Shown: positions 13,754 to 23,006, numbered from the stretch's first letter. The stretch: 32,000 bases of DNA from Candidatus Saccharimonadota bacterium (GCA_039920285.1 JBDSDX010000001.1:60001-92000); one strand, 5' to 3'. The notes: generated by a model from the letters alone, not told the origin. Numbers and translations: made by a program.

Positions 13754-14359
13754 CTAAAGATTAACTTTTTTGATCAACTTGTCAGCGTCAGGTATCTGAG
13801 CGACGAATAAGCTCGTCAGCTGTGTTGTACTGGCGTTCAGTGAGCCCGATGAACCTTTGCAGGTTGAGGTCCAAAGTGATTTCACTGATGTCCCATTATT
13901 TAAGATCTTAAATTCATAGACACGGCCAGTTGCGCAAATACCACGGACGTCATTCTTATCACCAGATAACTCTTTGCCTGTTGGAAAGTTTGCTTTATCG
14001 AGTGCATAGACAAATTGCTCATAGCTCGCAACATTATTAGTCAGTGCTTCGGTATTTACGACCGTATCGAGGTAGCCTTTATACGTTGTGACTTCACGAG
14101 TGTTCGGTGAAATGTTGATGCGATACGATTGGAATTCCTCATCAGCAACGATCGGTCCACGAACAGTCATACTCACACTTCGTCCTACTGATGTGTTCAA
14201 GAGCGCATCACGACTCACGTCAGCAGCGGCTGTTTTCGATGTTGTTGAGCCAGAGAAGAACACAACGCGTGCCAATGAAACCAACGCAGCGATTGCGATG
14301 ATGATAATAACGATAACCAAAATGATAGGAAGGATTCGTGAAGTTCGGTAATTAGCCAT
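13754..14359 (-). CDS. Hypothetical N-terminally membrane-anchored protein
   Basis: 201 aa. One TM helix (ILPIILVIVIIIIAIAALVSLA), then a ~165-aa probably extracytoplasmic domain with 2 Cys. No recognisable motif. Packed between the HAD gene and mutM (9 and 11 nt spacers). Confidence 0.6.
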   Translation of the reverse strand: MANYRTSRILPIILVIVIIIIAIAALVSLARVVFFSGSTTSKTAAADVSRDALLNTSVGRSVSMTVRGPIVADEEFQSYRINISPNTREVTTYKGYLDTVVNTEALTNNVASYEQFVYALDKANFPTGKELSGDKNDVRGICATGRVYEFKILNNGTSVKSLWTSTCKGSSGSLNASTTQLTSLFVAQIPDADKLIKKVNL

Positions 14360-14368
14360 GAATTAACC

Positions 14369-14962
14369 TTAGTCCGTTTGACCTTCGCTGTCAATGAGTG
14401 CTGCGAAATCTTTTTCGAATTGTTCAGTACTGAAAAACTGAATTGCTTGCATACCGGCAGCATTCGCACCCTGACAATATTCGGGAATATCATCGATCAT
14501 GACACAGACCTCGGGTGCGACACCGAGTCGTTCAGCTGTGAGTTCATATATCTCACGTTCGGGTTTAATAATTCCCTCATCACCCGATGCCACCACAGTC
14601 TCGAAAACTTCGTCGAGTTCACCTGGATCAAATAATTCATCGAGTCGATCACGACCACTCACATTACTGAGTAGTGCAATTTTATACGTCGACTTTAGTG
14701 ATCGAATAATAGTTATGAGAGCTGTGTTTTTCGACATACCCTTATCAATCGACTCACGGAGAGATGTTGGATCAACTCCCATGATGTCGCTCATCAATTT
14801 CGTTGATTCTGTGCGACTTAACATTCCCCTATCGCGAGCTTTCATGACGTCGCGAAGTGCTTGTCCAGCTTCGGGGTTTTCATTATTAATGGCTTCAACC
14901 CTGCCATGGAGATCATTGGCAATGAGTACACCAAAACAATCAAACACAATTGCCTTTATCAT
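14369..14962 (-). CDS. HAD-superfamily hydrolase (subfamily IA-like)
   Basis: Motif I IVFDCFGVL, motif II LLSN, motif III IIKPEREIY, motif IV MIDDIPEYCQGANAAGM. Its ATG abuts the polA stop (TAGATG). Confidence 0.8.
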   Translation of the reverse strand: MIKAIVFDCFGVLIANDLHGRVEAINNENPEAGQALRDVMKARDRGMLSRTESTKLMSDIMGVDPTSLRESIDKGMSKNTALITIIRSLKSTYKIALLSNVSGRDRLDELFDPGELDEVFETVVASGDEGIIKPEREIYELTAERLGVAPEVCVMIDDIPEYCQGANAAGMQAIQFFSTEQFEKDFAALIDSEGQTD

Positions 14963-17488
14963 CTAAAGTTCTCCCCAGTTTTTACCAGTACTCACATCAA
15001 CTCGCAGTTTAATACCCAAGTCAGGAGCAATATTTTCCATGGTATTTTTCAAAATCTCTGCAACCTTATCAGCGTTTTCGGTCGGACACTCAACGAGAAT
15101 ACTGTCATGAATTTGCAAAACTTGCTCACCCAAATCTCCCAGTTGTTCATCGACACGAAGCATCGCGAGTTTCATGAGATCTGCTTCGGTGCCTTGAATC
15201 GGCATATTAGCCGCAGCACGTTCTGCACCAGCACGAACCATAAAGTTTGAACTCGTCACATCAGGTGTCGGGCGGCGGCGACCATCGTGCGTTTCAACGT
15301 AGCCTTCAGTGCGGGCCTTATTGAGCGTGTCGTCGATAAATTTTCGAATCGGTGCACGAAGCTCAAAGTATTGATCGATGAATTCTTTGGCTTGGATAAA
15401 ACTCATACCCGTATTTGCAGCGAGTCCATGCGGACTCATTCCATACAAGACACCAAAGTTGATCACCTTGGCATCACGGCGTTGGTTCTTCGTGACCTCG
15501 TCCATTGGAATACCGTAAACGTCACTGGCAGTCTTAGTATGAATGTCGACGTCACCGTTAAAGTCATTAATAAGCTCCGTGTCTCCTGCAAGAACAGCAG
15601 CAAGGCGCAGCTCAAACTGCGAGTAATCAGCACTCACAAGAACTTTATCTCCATCACTAATAAAAGCTTCGCGAATTTTTTTACCAAGATCTGTGCGGAT
15701 AGGAATATTTTGCAAGTTTGGATTAGTACTACTGAGACGACCCGTGGCGGCAACGTCTTGGTTGAACGTTGTGTGGATACGGTTATGTTCGTCAACAAGT
15801 TTTGGTAACGAATCAGTATAGGTATTTTTGAGTTTTGCGAGTTCTCGTGTCTTCTCAATCAACTCAATGATCGGATGTTGACCTTTGAGTTTATCGAGTT
15901 CCGCTTGACCGGTACTAAAGCCAGTCTTACCTCTTTTCACGCCTGCTGTAGGGAGTTGCAACTTTGTAAATAAGACTTCAGATAATTGCGCAGGGCTGCC
16001 GATATTAAATTCGTATCCAACCATCGAATACATTTCTTGTTCGAGACGTTTGTGTTCTTTCCCTAAGTCATCGCTCATCTTTTCGAGAACTTTCGGATCG
16101 ATTAATACTCCTCTGTGTTCGATGCGAAATAGCGTATACGTCAGAGGGAAATCGAACTCATGAGCAATACGAGCAACTTTTGGCTCAGCTTCAAAAGCTT
16201 TTAGCTGATCGTCGTATACCGACCACAATCCTGCCATAAGAATTACCGTCTCAGGCTCCTCTACTCCAACAAGTCCAGCCGGTGAACGGTCACGGCGCAA
16301 CGGGTCAATCAAAAATGCTCCTTGGCGAATATCGTGAACATCAGAAAAACGGACAAAGACGTTATGATCAGCCAACGTGTGATAGATTTGCTTGATATCA
16401 TAACTAACAACTGTCGCCATCTGCAGGACACTCCACACTGATGCATCAACTTTCTTAATTGGTTGTGATGCAACTGTTTTTCGATCAGTCGATAACCAGA
16501 TTTCATCGTCAATAATTTCAATGAAGACGGGTCCGTCGATATGTACCGTGTCGGGCCAATCAACTTTTGTCAGTGGGGTGATGTCTGAAATAGCAGGTGC
16601 TTCCGTATGTGTCACTTGCTGCATGTGTTTCGGTAATCGTTTTGCCAGTGAGGTAAACTCGAGTCGCTTCAAGACTTCTTCGACTTTACCAAGGTCGATA
16701 TCATCGATACTTGCAACGTCCCAGTCGAGCGTAACGGGAGCATCAACCCAAATACGCCCCACTTCTTTACTCATGTAAGCGAGGTCTTTGCCGGCTTCCA
16801 ACTTCTTTGCAAGTGATGGTTTGATGTTGTCGATATTGGCATAGATATTATCGAGCGTTTTAAATTCTTGAAGCAGTGCGATTGCACCTTTTTCGCCAAT
16901 ACCAGGAACACCTGGGAGATTATCCGAAGAATCCCCTTTTAATGATTTCAGATCTAAGAATTGCTCCACTTCGATACCGTATTTTGTTTCAAAATGATCA
17001 ATATCAAATTCTTCAAGATTCGAAAGGCCGTTTTTAATGGCATACACTTTTGTCAGAGGGCCGATAAGTTGTAGTGCATCGAGATCGCTCGTCAGTAAAC
17101 ACGTCTCAATTCCTTTATCGGTTGCCTGCTTTGCAAAAGCCCCAAGAATATCATCAGCTTCATAGTCATCGAGTTCGTAAAATGGCCAACCAAAGGCATC
17201 AAGGAGTTCGTGCAAGATCGGCACTTGTGCATAGAAATCAGCTGGTGCTGGTTTGCGGCCAGCTTTGTACTCAGGGTAAATTTCGCGGCGTTTGCGAATG
17301 TTCGTTTTTGGTTTGTCCCATGCCACTGCGACGTAATCGGGTTCAAGTTTTTTAATCAGTTCAATTGCGATCGATGCGAATCCATAGACCCCACCAGTTG
17401 GTGTGCCGTCAGGTAACGACAAGCTAGGCATCGCATAATACCCGCGGTAAAATATAGACTTTCCATCGATAACTGCCAGCCGTTTCAT
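14963..17488 (-). CDS. polA: DNA polymerase I
   Basis: 841 aa. 5'-nuclease N-terminus (MKRLAVIDGKSIFYRGYYA...LTSDLDALQL), polymerase motifs (DYSQFELRLAA, RRDAKVINFGVLYGMS, QIHDSILVE). Confidence 0.95.
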   Translation of the reverse strand: MKRLAVIDGKSIFYRGYYAMPSLSLPDGTPTGGVYGFASIAIELIKKLEPDYVAVAWDKPKTNIRKRREIYPEYKAGRKPAPADFYAQVPILHELLDAFGWPFYELDDYEADDILGAFAKQATDKGIETCLLTSDLDALQLIGPLTKVYAIKNGLSNLEEFDIDHFETKYGIEVEQFLDLKSLKGDSSDNLPGVPGIGEKGAIALLQEFKTLDNIYANIDNIKPSLAKKLEAGKDLAYMSKEVGRIWVDAPVTLDWDVASIDDIDLGKVEEVLKRLEFTSLAKRLPKHMQQVTHTEAPAISDITPLTKVDWPDTVHIDGPVFIEIIDDEIWLSTDRKTVASQPIKKVDASVWSVLQMATVVSYDIKQIYHTLADHNVFVRFSDVHDIRQGAFLIDPLRRDRSPAGLVGVEEPETVILMAGLWSVYDDQLKAFEAEPKVARIAHEFDFPLTYTLFRIEHRGVLIDPKVLEKMSDDLGKEHKRLEQEMYSMVGYEFNIGSPAQLSEVLFTKLQLPTAGVKRGKTGFSTGQAELDKLKGQHPIIELIEKTRELAKLKNTYTDSLPKLVDEHNRIHTTFNQDVAATGRLSSTNPNLQNIPIRTDLGKKIREAFISDGDKVLVSADYSQFELRLAAVLAGDTELINDFNGDVDIHTKTASDVYGIPMDEVTKNQRRDAKVINFGVLYGMSPHGLAANTGMSFIQAKEFIDQYFELRAPIRKFIDDTLNKARTEGYVETHDGRRRPTPDVTSSNFMVRAGAERAAANMPIQGTEADLMKLAMLRVDEQLGDLGEQVLQIHDSILVECPTENADKVAEILKNTMENIAPDLGIKLRVDVSTGKNWGEL

Positions 17489-17494
17489 ATCTCT

Positions 17495-17503
17495 AGTATA
17501 CCA
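17495..17503 (-). promoter_or_regulatory. Extended -10 promoter of polA (TGgTATACT), 6 nt from the ATG
   Basis: Reverse strand reads cTGgTATACTagagatATG (ATG at 17488). No SD. Confidence 0.5.
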
Positions 17504-17569
17504 GCGGAGGGAAGCTTTCCCTACGCCCCTAATGTGTCGTCATGAATACACAAACATAAGGTGTATCTT

Positions 17570-17578
17570 TGATAGAAT
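17570..17578 (+). promoter_or_regulatory. Extended -10 promoter of the 144-aa gene (TGaTAGAAT), 6 nt from the ATG
   Basis: tTGaTAGAATagaaacATG (ATG at 17585). No SD. Confidence 0.5.
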
Positions 17579-17584
17579 AGAAAC

Positions 17585-18019
17585 ATGACCCACCATCCTA
17601 CCCTCAAAATTATCGCCTTCGTAGGATCTGATCCTGCAACCGTTCAAACTGTCATGGATCACTACACTGAAAAAGGCTATCCGAAAGTCAGCCATGAAGA
17701 TATGGCGACACAAATAACCAACCTATCTGAAGCTGGGCAACACCACATTGTTACCGATGAGATTACTGATTTCGAAATGTATCACCAACTCCGTCACACA
17801 TTTCCTGGTGAGTTGTTTTTAATCGCTATACTCCCAAGCGCAGACATCGCTCAGTACAAAGAAAGCGCCAGTCACGAAATCCAAAACTGGGATGAACAAA
17901 AACGAACTGGTCATACTCGTCTCCTTGAACTCGCGCAGTATTACATCGAGTCTGACGGGCACGAAAAAATGTATACTCACATACATGAGCTTTTCGAAGA
18001 ACTTAACTTTATAAATTAA
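17585..18019 (+). CDS. Hypothetical protein; possibly a nucleotide-kinase-like fold with a destroyed P-loop
   Basis: 144 aa. KIIAFVGSDPATVQTVMDHY occupies the place of a strand-Walker A-helix unit but lacks GK[ST]. Family assignment is weak. Confidence 0.45.
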   Translation: MTHHPTLKIIAFVGSDPATVQTVMDHYTEKGYPKVSHEDMATQITNLSEAGQHHIVTDEITDFEMYHQLRHTFPGELFLIAILPSADIAQYKESASHEIQNWDEQKRTGHTRLLELAQYYIESDGHEKMYTHIHELFEELNFIN

Positions 18020-18600
18020 TTGATTTCGAATTCTTTTTTCAAATACGATTCGTAGGCTTCGACAGAATCAAAGTCATTGATAACAGTAATATCTGCAACG
18101 TCACGGACACCGCTCATATTGAGTCCCCCGCCTTCGACACTTGGTGTCATTTCTGCGTCTTCTTCAGAAACGAATTGTTCAAAAGTTTTTTGATCTTCAG
18201 GACGACCTTGCGCTCGTTTTTGTGTTCGGTCGTAACGAATATGACGATCAGCATCAATCCAAATAATCACTCCGCCGGCATTCTGAATTGTCTTCGCTTC
18301 TTCTGGAGTTCGAATACTGGTAATCGTAAGTCCGCTGTACTGTTTATCCGCTTTTTCAGACTCATACAAAGCGATCGTTTTTGCGCTCATCACACCCGGG
18401 CCATCGGCGGTACGAAACTCAAGACTGACTGAACGAAGGTTTTCACGTTCGTGTGGCAAACCCCGGACGTCGAGTTCGCGACGAAGAATATCGCTAAGGC
18501 TGACAAACTTAGCATGCTGTAATTTCGAACGCAAATCACCCAGCGTATCTTTGCCCGCTGCGTTTGTGCCTGCAACTCCAACAATTTCAGGTAATTTCAT
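18016..18600 (-). CDS. P-loop nucleotide/nucleoside-monophosphate kinase family protein (dNMP-kinase / dephospho-CoA-kinase-like)
   Basis: 194 aa. Walker A GVAGTNAAGKDT, and SIRTPEEAKTIQNAGGVIIWIDA resembles small-kinase core/lid regions. Its ATG overlaps the upstream gene's stop (TAATG). Confidence 0.6.
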   Translation of the reverse strand: MKLPEIVGVAGTNAAGKDTLGDLRSKLQHAKFVSLSDILRRELDVRGLPHERENLRSVSLEFRTADGPGVMSAKTIALYESEKADKQYSGLTITSIRTPEEAKTIQNAGGVIIWIDADRHIRYDRTQKRAQGRPEDQKTFEQFVSEEDAEMTPSVEGGGLNMSGVRDVADITVINDFDSVEAYESYLKKEFEIN

Positions 18601-20162
18601 TATTCCGCCTTAAGACTTTTTTGAAAATGTTGATAATCTGTCCGTCCTGATTCTTTTGTCCAATCACCGCCCCATTCCCAACCACGCACTTTCATAAATA
18701 GCACCAGTGGATGATCTGCTGTTAACACACCTAATTCATCAGGTTCATAGGCGGCACCTTGAGGATCAATCGATTCCGTACCATCATCGTTATATCGAAC
18801 GTAAGGATTAAGGCGCGTATTTACATCGAAGGCCAGACCTAATCCATGCAATGATGGCGTATCAGTTCCTTTGATGAGCCTGTAGTTGAAACTTGAACTC
18901 GTATTAGCTGCCATGAGCTTATCGTCGTCCCAGGCATAATCAGAATCACTGCTGCGTACGACTTTCTCTATCGGGAAACCGAGTTCCAACGCACTTGCAA
19001 AGAACTCTTTGACGTCGTCATATACATCACGATTTACTTCAATAGTTCCCTGCTGTTTCTCACCATTGAAATCGATATATTCAACTTCAAGTGGAGTGAT
19101 CTGCCATTCAATTTCTGGCGGCGTTGGCTTGTTTGGATTCGAGCCAATAGGACTTTCAACTTTGTTTAGTTTCACAAGGACATAATCACGACCGTTATCG
19201 TCATCGAGACGCGACGAACGACTATGTGAAGAGGTCCCGGCTGAGGGTGAAGTTGTATCAGTTGTATCAAGAAAAATTTGCTCTTCAGTAAAACCTATAC
19301 TAAGAAGTTGTTGATACACGAAGTGTGGTGTATCAATCTTGAAATTATATTTCGTTTCTCCACTATCGCTATGTGCGGCAACATCTTGGAATAAGCCCTC
19401 AGCATAGGGATACTTCTCGTCTGGATCATATGGTGCATTCTCGAATGGAAAACTCTCGGCTTGTCCGCCCGGCGTCACATAAACGGTCGCGGTAGATAGA
19501 TCGACACCGAGTATATCGAACTCATGCTCCATATCTTTAATCTGATTCGTCGCAGCTCCTTGCCAAGCAAAATGAGTCATTATGTAAATACGACCCTTCG
19601 GCGTTTCAGCAGAAACTATCACCAAAGGACAATCAGCCGGACGCACACCTAACACAACATTTGGGTCGTAAGTGAAAATCATATCGCCCATTCCGTCGAG
19701 TTTTGCTGCTTCGGCACCCTGGTATCGAGCAGGGTCTTTATCCACATTCACCACCTGAAGTGGTGTCGTATAATCGCGGTCCGGGTTAAGAATGAGTACT
19801 TTAGCCTGATCAATTTCAACTGAATTTTCAAACTTGCGCATGTTCGCTCGAGCATCAGCTAACTTCTCATCACTTGAAAATTCTTTTGGGCCATATAATG
19901 CTTCGCCGGTTTCTTTATTAACAGCAGTGCTTGTATTTCCGCCGATAACAAATCGTACTAACCGGTTTGCCGCTTTGCCCGCTTCAACTATCTCAGGATC
20001 ATCATTAAATTTGTTGTACATGGTTCGCTCATCACCAATACTCGCAAATGACATATAGACATCGAAAGGTCGATGCACATCTGTCATATATAATGATTCT
20101 GCGTTTTTGACGGTAATGTCTTCATACCGTTGAGGTTCTTTGGTCGTAAACTGTTCAGTCAT
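18600..20162 (-). CDS. Fusion protein: PgeF/YfiH (DUF152, laccase-domain) -like N-terminal part plus a C-terminal M15-family zinc metallopeptidase domain
   Basis: 520 aa from ATG 20162; the six-frame ORF starts at TTG 20171, which lies inside the -10 box. PgeF-like: GDMIFTYDPNVVLGVRPADCPLVIV...IYIMTHFAWQGAATNQI...SSHSRSSRLDDDNGRDYVLV. M15-like: SLHGLGLAFDVN (H-x6-D) and RGWEWGGDWTKESGRTDYQHFQ (D-x-x-H). No signal peptide. Confidence 0.65.
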   Translation of the reverse strand: MTEQFTTKEPQRYEDITVKNAESLYMTDVHRPFDVYMSFASIGDERTMYNKFNDDPEIVEAGKAANRLVRFVIGGNTSTAVNKETGEALYGPKEFSSDEKLADARANMRKFENSVEIDQAKVLILNPDRDYTTPLQVVNVDKDPARYQGAEAAKLDGMGDMIFTYDPNVVLGVRPADCPLVIVSAETPKGRIYIMTHFAWQGAATNQIKDMEHEFDILGVDLSTATVYVTPGGQAESFPFENAPYDPDEKYPYAEGLFQDVAAHSDSGETKYNFKIDTPHFVYQQLLSIGFTEEQIFLDTTDTTSPSAGTSSHSRSSRLDDDNGRDYVLVKLNKVESPIGSNPNKPTPPEIEWQITPLEVEYIDFNGEKQQGTIEVNRDVYDDVKEFFASALELGFPIEKVVRSSDSDYAWDDDKLMAANTSSSFNYRLIKGTDTPSLHGLGLAFDVNTRLNPYVRYNDDGTESIDPQGAAYEPDELGVLTADHPLVLFMKVRGWEWGGDWTKESGRTDYQHFQKSLKAE

Positions 20163-20170
20163 ATATACCA

Positions 20171-20179
20171 ACTATACCA
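20171..20179 (-). promoter_or_regulatory. Extended -10 promoter of the PgeF-M15/kinase pair (TGgTATAGT), 8 nt from the ATG
   Basis: Reverse strand, just after the rpoD stop: TAAgcccgttacggtaaTGgTATAGTtggtatatATG. Confidence 0.5.
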
Positions 20180-20193
20180 TTACCGTAACGGGC

Positions 20194-21216
20194 TTAATTT
20201 AGGTATTCGTGAAGTTTCTTTGAGTCTTTGTGCTTGCGAAGCTTGGCGAGTGCTTTGGCTTCAATTTGGCGAATACGTTCGCGTGTAACAGCAAATTCTT
20301 GACCGACTTCTTCGAGCGTGTGGCTCTTACCATTTTCAAGACCAAAACGCATCTTGATAATCTTTTGTTCACGATCAGACAATGTCGAAAGAATCGCTTG
20401 TACTTGTTCTTTGAGGAGTTGGGATGCAGCCGACTCTTCTGGAGTTGCACTGTCTTCATCTTCAATAAAGTCACGAAGCACTGAGTCTTCGTCATCACCA
20501 TCACGGCCAACACCAGCGTCGAGTGACGTGATATCTTGTTTGATCTTCATGACGTATTCAACTTTTTCCGGTTCCATTTCGAGTTCTTTGCCGAGCTCTT
20601 CAATAGTTGGTTCGCGGTTCAGCTCCTGTGTCATACGACGTTGCGTACGAAGAAGCTTGTTAATGGTTTCCACCATGTGAACAGGAATACGGATAGTACG
20701 CGCTTGGTCAGCGATCGCACGAGTGATTGCTTGGCGAATCCACCAAGTAGCATATGTTGAGAATTTAAACCCCTTGTCCGGGTCGAATTTTTCGACGGCA
20801 CGGAGAAGTCCGGTGTTACCTTCTTGGATAAGATCGAGGAAATCGAGACCACGTCCACTGTAGCGTTTCGCGATTGAAACGACGAGGCGCATGTTGGCTT
20901 CTGCCATCTTGTCTTTGGCTTTCTTTTCACCGGCAACCACGCGCTGTGCGAGGGCAAGTTCTTCTTCAGCATTCAAAAGTGGAATTTTACCAATTTCGCG
21001 TAAGTACAAACGGACACTGTCGTCGCTGGCATCATCAAAATATTGGTCTTGGCTCAGAAGGTCTGTATCAGTATCTTCTTCCTCTTCGAGGTCTTCTGCT
21101 GCTGGTTCTTCAATATCAGTAACCAGTGGGTTAGCGATTTTTGTGTTTTCAGCGGCTTCGTCAGTGACGAGGTCTTCTTCAACAATTGGATCAACGTTTT
21201 TCTTACTTCTGGGCAC
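20194..21216 (-). CDS. rpoD: Primary RNA polymerase sigma factor (sigma-70 family)
   Basis: 340 aa. [21 protein letters not shown], region 2 ([33 protein letters not shown]) and region 4 ([23 protein letters not shown]). GTG start at 21216 with AAGGAG 7 nt upstream. Overlaps the dnaG end by 14 nt. Confidence 0.95.
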   Translation of the reverse strand: MPRSKKNVDPIVEEDLVTDEAAENTKIANPLVTDIEEPAAEDLEEEEDTDTDLLSQDQYFDDASDDSVRLYLREIGKIPLLNAEEELALAQRVVAGEKKAKDKMAEANMRLVVSIAKRYSGRGLDFLDLIQEGNTGLLRAVEKFDPDKGFKFSTYATWWIRQAITRAIADQARTIRIPVHMVETINKLLRTQRRMTQELNREPTIEELGKELEMEPEKVEYVMKIKQDITSLDAGVGRDGDDEDSVLRDFIEDEDSATPEESAASQLLKEQVQAILSTLSDREQKIIKMRFGLENGKSHTLEEVGQEFAVTRERIRQIEAKALAKLRKHKDSKKLHEYLN

Positions 21217-22951
21217 GAGGCATCTCCTTTATCAATTCATTAAGTTGTTGCCTGATCTGGTTGGCGGTGTCATCATCGCCAGTTTCTTCTGCCGCACGGA
21301 GCGACACAGTCAGGGCGGTCTTTTGGTTTTTCTTGTGTTCTGTTATCAGTTGGCGGACGAGGCGGGCAGTTTCGAAATAACGATCTTCGTCACTCCACTC
21401 CCCATATCGCGCGTCGGCCTTTAATAGTAATATTTTAACATACGTATCATAATCTTTCAAATCCTCAGGGACATTCTGTAAGATTCCATCAGAGGTCGAA
21501 CGTATGTATTCAAGCACAGCTCTTCGTTCGTCAGTCGGAATCATATCGACAGTGACTTCAGCCATAAGCTCACGAACTGCTGGATCAATAAGACTGACCG
21601 CAAGCAAATTATCTTGATAGCTCGCAGGATCAGCGTGAACCTCACCTGACTGAACAACTTTTTTGAGTTCCTTTTCAACTGGTCCTTCAGTTTTGGTCAG
21701 TTTCTCTTTCAACGTTTCAATTGAAGAATTCGTATACGCTGCAATTTGTTGCAAATAGTGTTCTTGTTCAACACCATCTTTCAATGTACGAACGACGCGG
21801 AGTGCGGCAGTCGTAAAGTTTCGCTTACCAATCGATGTCGTTAAGTCTTCGCGTTTTGAATATTGTTTGAGTACCCAATCGAGCACTGCTTCTGAGCCAT
21901 CGATTGCCTTTTGCCACAAAGAAATATCTTTTTGGATTAATTCGTCGGGGTCTTTGACATCGTCAGGCAAACTAATGATCGTGAGGTCGATACCAACATT
22001 TTGAGCAATCGGGATTGCACGTTCGGTCGCGGCAAGTCCCGCTGCATCACCATCGAATGCCAATTTTGCGTTCGGACTCAGTCGTACCAATGCCTTCAGG
22101 TGTGATTCAGTCATCGCTGTTCCTGCCGTCGCGACGACTTGTTTGATGCCAACTTGATGGCTACTCACAACATCGAGATTACCTTCAACAATCACCGCGT
22201 AATCATAACTGCGGATCGATTCCTTGGCTTGGCTGAGTCCGAAGACATGACGACTTTTGTCATAGAGAATCGTTTGTGGGGTGTTCAGATATTTCGGCGC
22301 GTTCGGTTCATCAGCTAAGATACGCCCAGTAAAGCCGATCACCTGCCCTGAACCATCCATCAGCGCGACCATCATGCGACCGCGGAATAAATCACCGCCG
22401 TAGCGATTAACGAGTCCCGCATCATCGAGTTCACGCGGGCTGAAACCTTTTTTAGTTAAGAACTTTACCAACGCATCACCGGTTGCTGGCGCATACCCGA
22501 TCCGGAAGGTCGTGACAATCTCTTTACTCAGTCCCCGTTTTTTAAAAACATATTCGACTGCATGCGGATTCTGGATCAAAGATTGCTGGTAATAGTTAGC
22601 TGCTAAATCATGCGCTCCAAGTGCACGTTTTTTTCGTTTCGCAATTTCTTGTGCACCTTTTGTATCGTAGATCGATAGGTCGACACCGACACGGTTAGCG
22701 AGAAGTTCAAGCGCAGCCCGGAAATCGATCCCCTCCACTTCCATAACGAAACTAAAGACGTCGCCGCCTTTATTTGAGGAAAAATCGTGCCAGATATTTT
22801 TATCAGGACTAACGTAAAAGCTTGGTGTTTTTTCACCACTGAATGGACTCAGTCCTTTGAAGTTACGTCCTGCTCGTTTGAGCTGTACGTACTCGCCAAC
22901 TACGTCCTCAATATTGAGTCGAGCGCGAACTTCTTCTTTCACGTCTTGCAT
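21203..22951 (-). CDS. dnaG: DNA primase
   Basis: 582 aa from ATG 22951; the six-frame ORF extends to 23017. TOPRIM region ([17 protein letters not shown]...LAFDGDAAG). N-terminal zinc-ribbon-like segment [32 protein letters not shown]. dnaG-rpoD order as in many bacteria. Confidence 0.9.
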   Translation of the reverse strand: MQDVKEEVRARLNIEDVVGEYVQLKRAGRNFKGLSPFSGEKTPSFYVSPDKNIWHDFSSNKGGDVFSFVMEVEGIDFRAALELLANRVGVDLSIYDTKGAQEIAKRKKRALGAHDLAANYYQQSLIQNPHAVEYVFKKRGLSKEIVTTFRIGYAPATGDALVKFLTKKGFSPRELDDAGLVNRYGGDLFRGRMMVALMDGSGQVIGFTGRILADEPNAPKYLNTPQTILYDKSRHVFGLSQAKESIRSYDYAVIVEGNLDVVSSHQVGIKQVVATAGTAMTESHLKALVRLSPNAKLAFDGDAAGLAATERAIPIAQNVGIDLTIISLPDDVKDPDELIQKDISLWQKAIDGSEAVLDWVLKQYSKREDLTTSIGKRNFTTAALRVVRTLKDGVEQEHYLQQIAAYTNSSIETLKEKLTKTEGPVEKELKKVVQSGEVHADPASYQDNLLAVSLIDPAVRELMAEVTVDMIPTDERRAVLEYIRSTSDGILQNVPEDLKDYDTYVKILLLKADARYGEWSDEDRYFETARLVRQLITEHKKNQKTALTVSLRAAEETGDDDTANQIRQQLNELIKEMPRAQK

Positions 22952-22957
22952 GTCTTG

Positions 22958-22966
22958 ATTATAGCA
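22958..22966 (-). promoter_or_regulatory. Extended -10 promoter of dnaG-rpoD (TGcTATAAT), 6 nt from the ATG
   Basis: Reverse strand reads agTGcTATAATcaagacATG (ATG at 22951). No SD. Confidence 0.5.
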
Positions 22967-22969
22967 CTC

Positions 22970-22998
22970 TTTACCTCTGTTATTGTTTATGGTTAAAT
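22970..22998 (+). promoter_or_regulatory. Promoter of the 23007 gene: TTTACC-17 nt-TTAAAT with TGg extension, 8 nt from the ATG
   Basis: TTTACCtctgttattgtttaTGgTTAAATgggggcagATG. Lies back to back with the dnaG -10 box. Confidence 0.4.
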
Positions 22999-23006
22999 GG
23001 GGGCAG

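Noticed and set aside
14369-14962. HAD motif I reads D-C-F-G (second Asp replaced by Phe), possibly indicating a non-phosphatase.
   Set aside because: Some characterised HAD phosphatases also lack the Asp+2 residue (I recall YihX-type DLGN). Motifs II-IV are intact. This is not enough to call it unusual.
15900-16600. The Pol I central (3'-5' exonuclease-like) domain lacks an obvious DxE / NxxYD set of motifs.
   Set aside because: Many bacterial Pol I enzymes (Taq/Bst type) have inactive proofreading domains, and I cannot align reliably by eye. This is ordinary.
17505-17517. Small palindrome GGGAAgctTTCCC (contains a HindIII site) between the polA and orf144 promoters.
   Set aside because: It is only a 5-bp stem with a 3-nt loop, with no supporting repeat elsewhere in the window. 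It could be a binding site, but the evidence is too thin.
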